A stretch of DNA of 64,000 nucleotides from assembly GCA_025449535.1 (NCBI GenBank), contig JANWJF010000001.1, positions 485,136-549,135 of the forward strand, read 5' to 3'. How positions within the stretch are numbered: the stretch's first letter is position 1; every line of letters starts with the position of its first letter. Position numbers and translations under genes: made by a program. The notes below the pieces were generated by a model. That model was given only the letters and a program-made list of their open reading frames with translations, made no database searches and had not been told where the DNA came from. Below are positions 63,428 to 64,000 of this stretch, in pieces. The stretch is from Candidatus Saccharimonadia bacterium. GTDB taxonomy: Bacteria > Patescibacteriota > SICC01.

Positions 63428-64000
63428 ATGGATTACGTCTACGCCGCGATCCTCGGTATCATCCAAGGCCTTACCGAGTTCCTGCCGATCTCCTCGACCG
63501 GACACCTGGCCTTGGCGCAAGACTACCTCAACCTCGACCAGGCTGTGTTCGGCCTCCAGTTCGACGCCGCGATCCAGCTCGGCACCACGGTCGCGGTGAT
63601 CTGGTTCTTCCGGAAGGACTTCTGGAACCTCTTCCGCCACTGGCGCCGCCCGGCGGAGAAACGGCTGTTGCTTTCGCTCGTCGTGGCGACGATACCGGCG
63701 CTGGTGATCGGCGCTTCGTTGGAGAATCAGATCGAAGGCCCGTTCCGTGATCCGGTGGTGATCGCGGCGGCGCTAGTGATCGGCGCGTTCGTATTCTTCA
63801 TCGTGGAGCGCGTCGCCAAGCAGCGCCGGACCGTCCGCGAGGCCACCTGGAAGGATGCCGTCGCGATCGGGTTCGCCCAGGCATTGGCGTTGGTGCCGGG
63901 CGTATCCCGTTCCGGTGCGACGATCACCGCCGGGATGTTCCTGGGACTCAAGCGCGATGCCGCCGCCCGGTTCGCGTTCCTGTTGTCCGTGCCGATCATC
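63428..64000 (+). CDS. uppP: Undecaprenyl-diphosphate phosphatase (runs off the right edge)
   Basis: LGIIQGLTEFLPISSTGHL and PGVSRSGATI motifs. Confidence 0.95.
   Translation, partial: MDYVYAAILGIIQGLTEFLPISSTGHLALAQDYLNLDQAVFGLQFDAAIQLGTTVAVIWFFRKDFWNLFRHWRRPAEKRLLLSLVVATIPALVIGASLENQIEGPFRDPVVIAAALVIGAFVFFIVERVAKQRRTVREATWKDAVAIGFAQALALVPGVSRSGATITAGMFLGLKRDAAARFAFLLSVPII

Noticed and set aside
1-64000. CRISPR array, rRNA, prophage or IS
   Set aside because: No regularly spaced repeats, rRNA-like tracts, phage genes or transposase motifs seen.

Overview
GC-rich bacterial chromosome segment. It is probably Patescibacteria/CPR; this is an inference from the gene repertoire, the rpsF-ssb-rpsR-efp and tilS-ftsH-murJ-ftsK-rodZ-recA-recX order, and the many orphan ORFs. 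It holds about 80 CDS and six tRNAs (Asn-GTT, Pro-CGG, Met-CAT, fMet-CAT, Ile2-CAT, Val-CAC). I saw no CRISPR array, rRNA, transposase or prophage. Many genes, especially housekeeping ones, look leaderless: a TAnnnT -10 box sits 6-9 nt before the start codon and there is no SD. The main discovery is a recurrent RNA frame around a different class of genes, all with an SD. In these units the 5' leader is complementary to the sequence that starts at or just after the last stop codon (P2) and to the far 3' end (P1), with a long hairpin (P3) between, so the ORFs sit in one arm of a three-way junction. Four clear, partly homologous copies lie at 17124-17653, 54708-55203, 57935-58800 and 58811-59821, and their P1 helices show compensatory changes. 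Related frames surround the fatty-acid desaturase (44.4-45.6 kb) and small ORFs at 39.8, 54.0, 54.4 and 61 kb, and a 3' half lies at 119-200. The cargo is mostly small 2-4-TM membrane proteins. All pairings were read by eye and the function is unknown.
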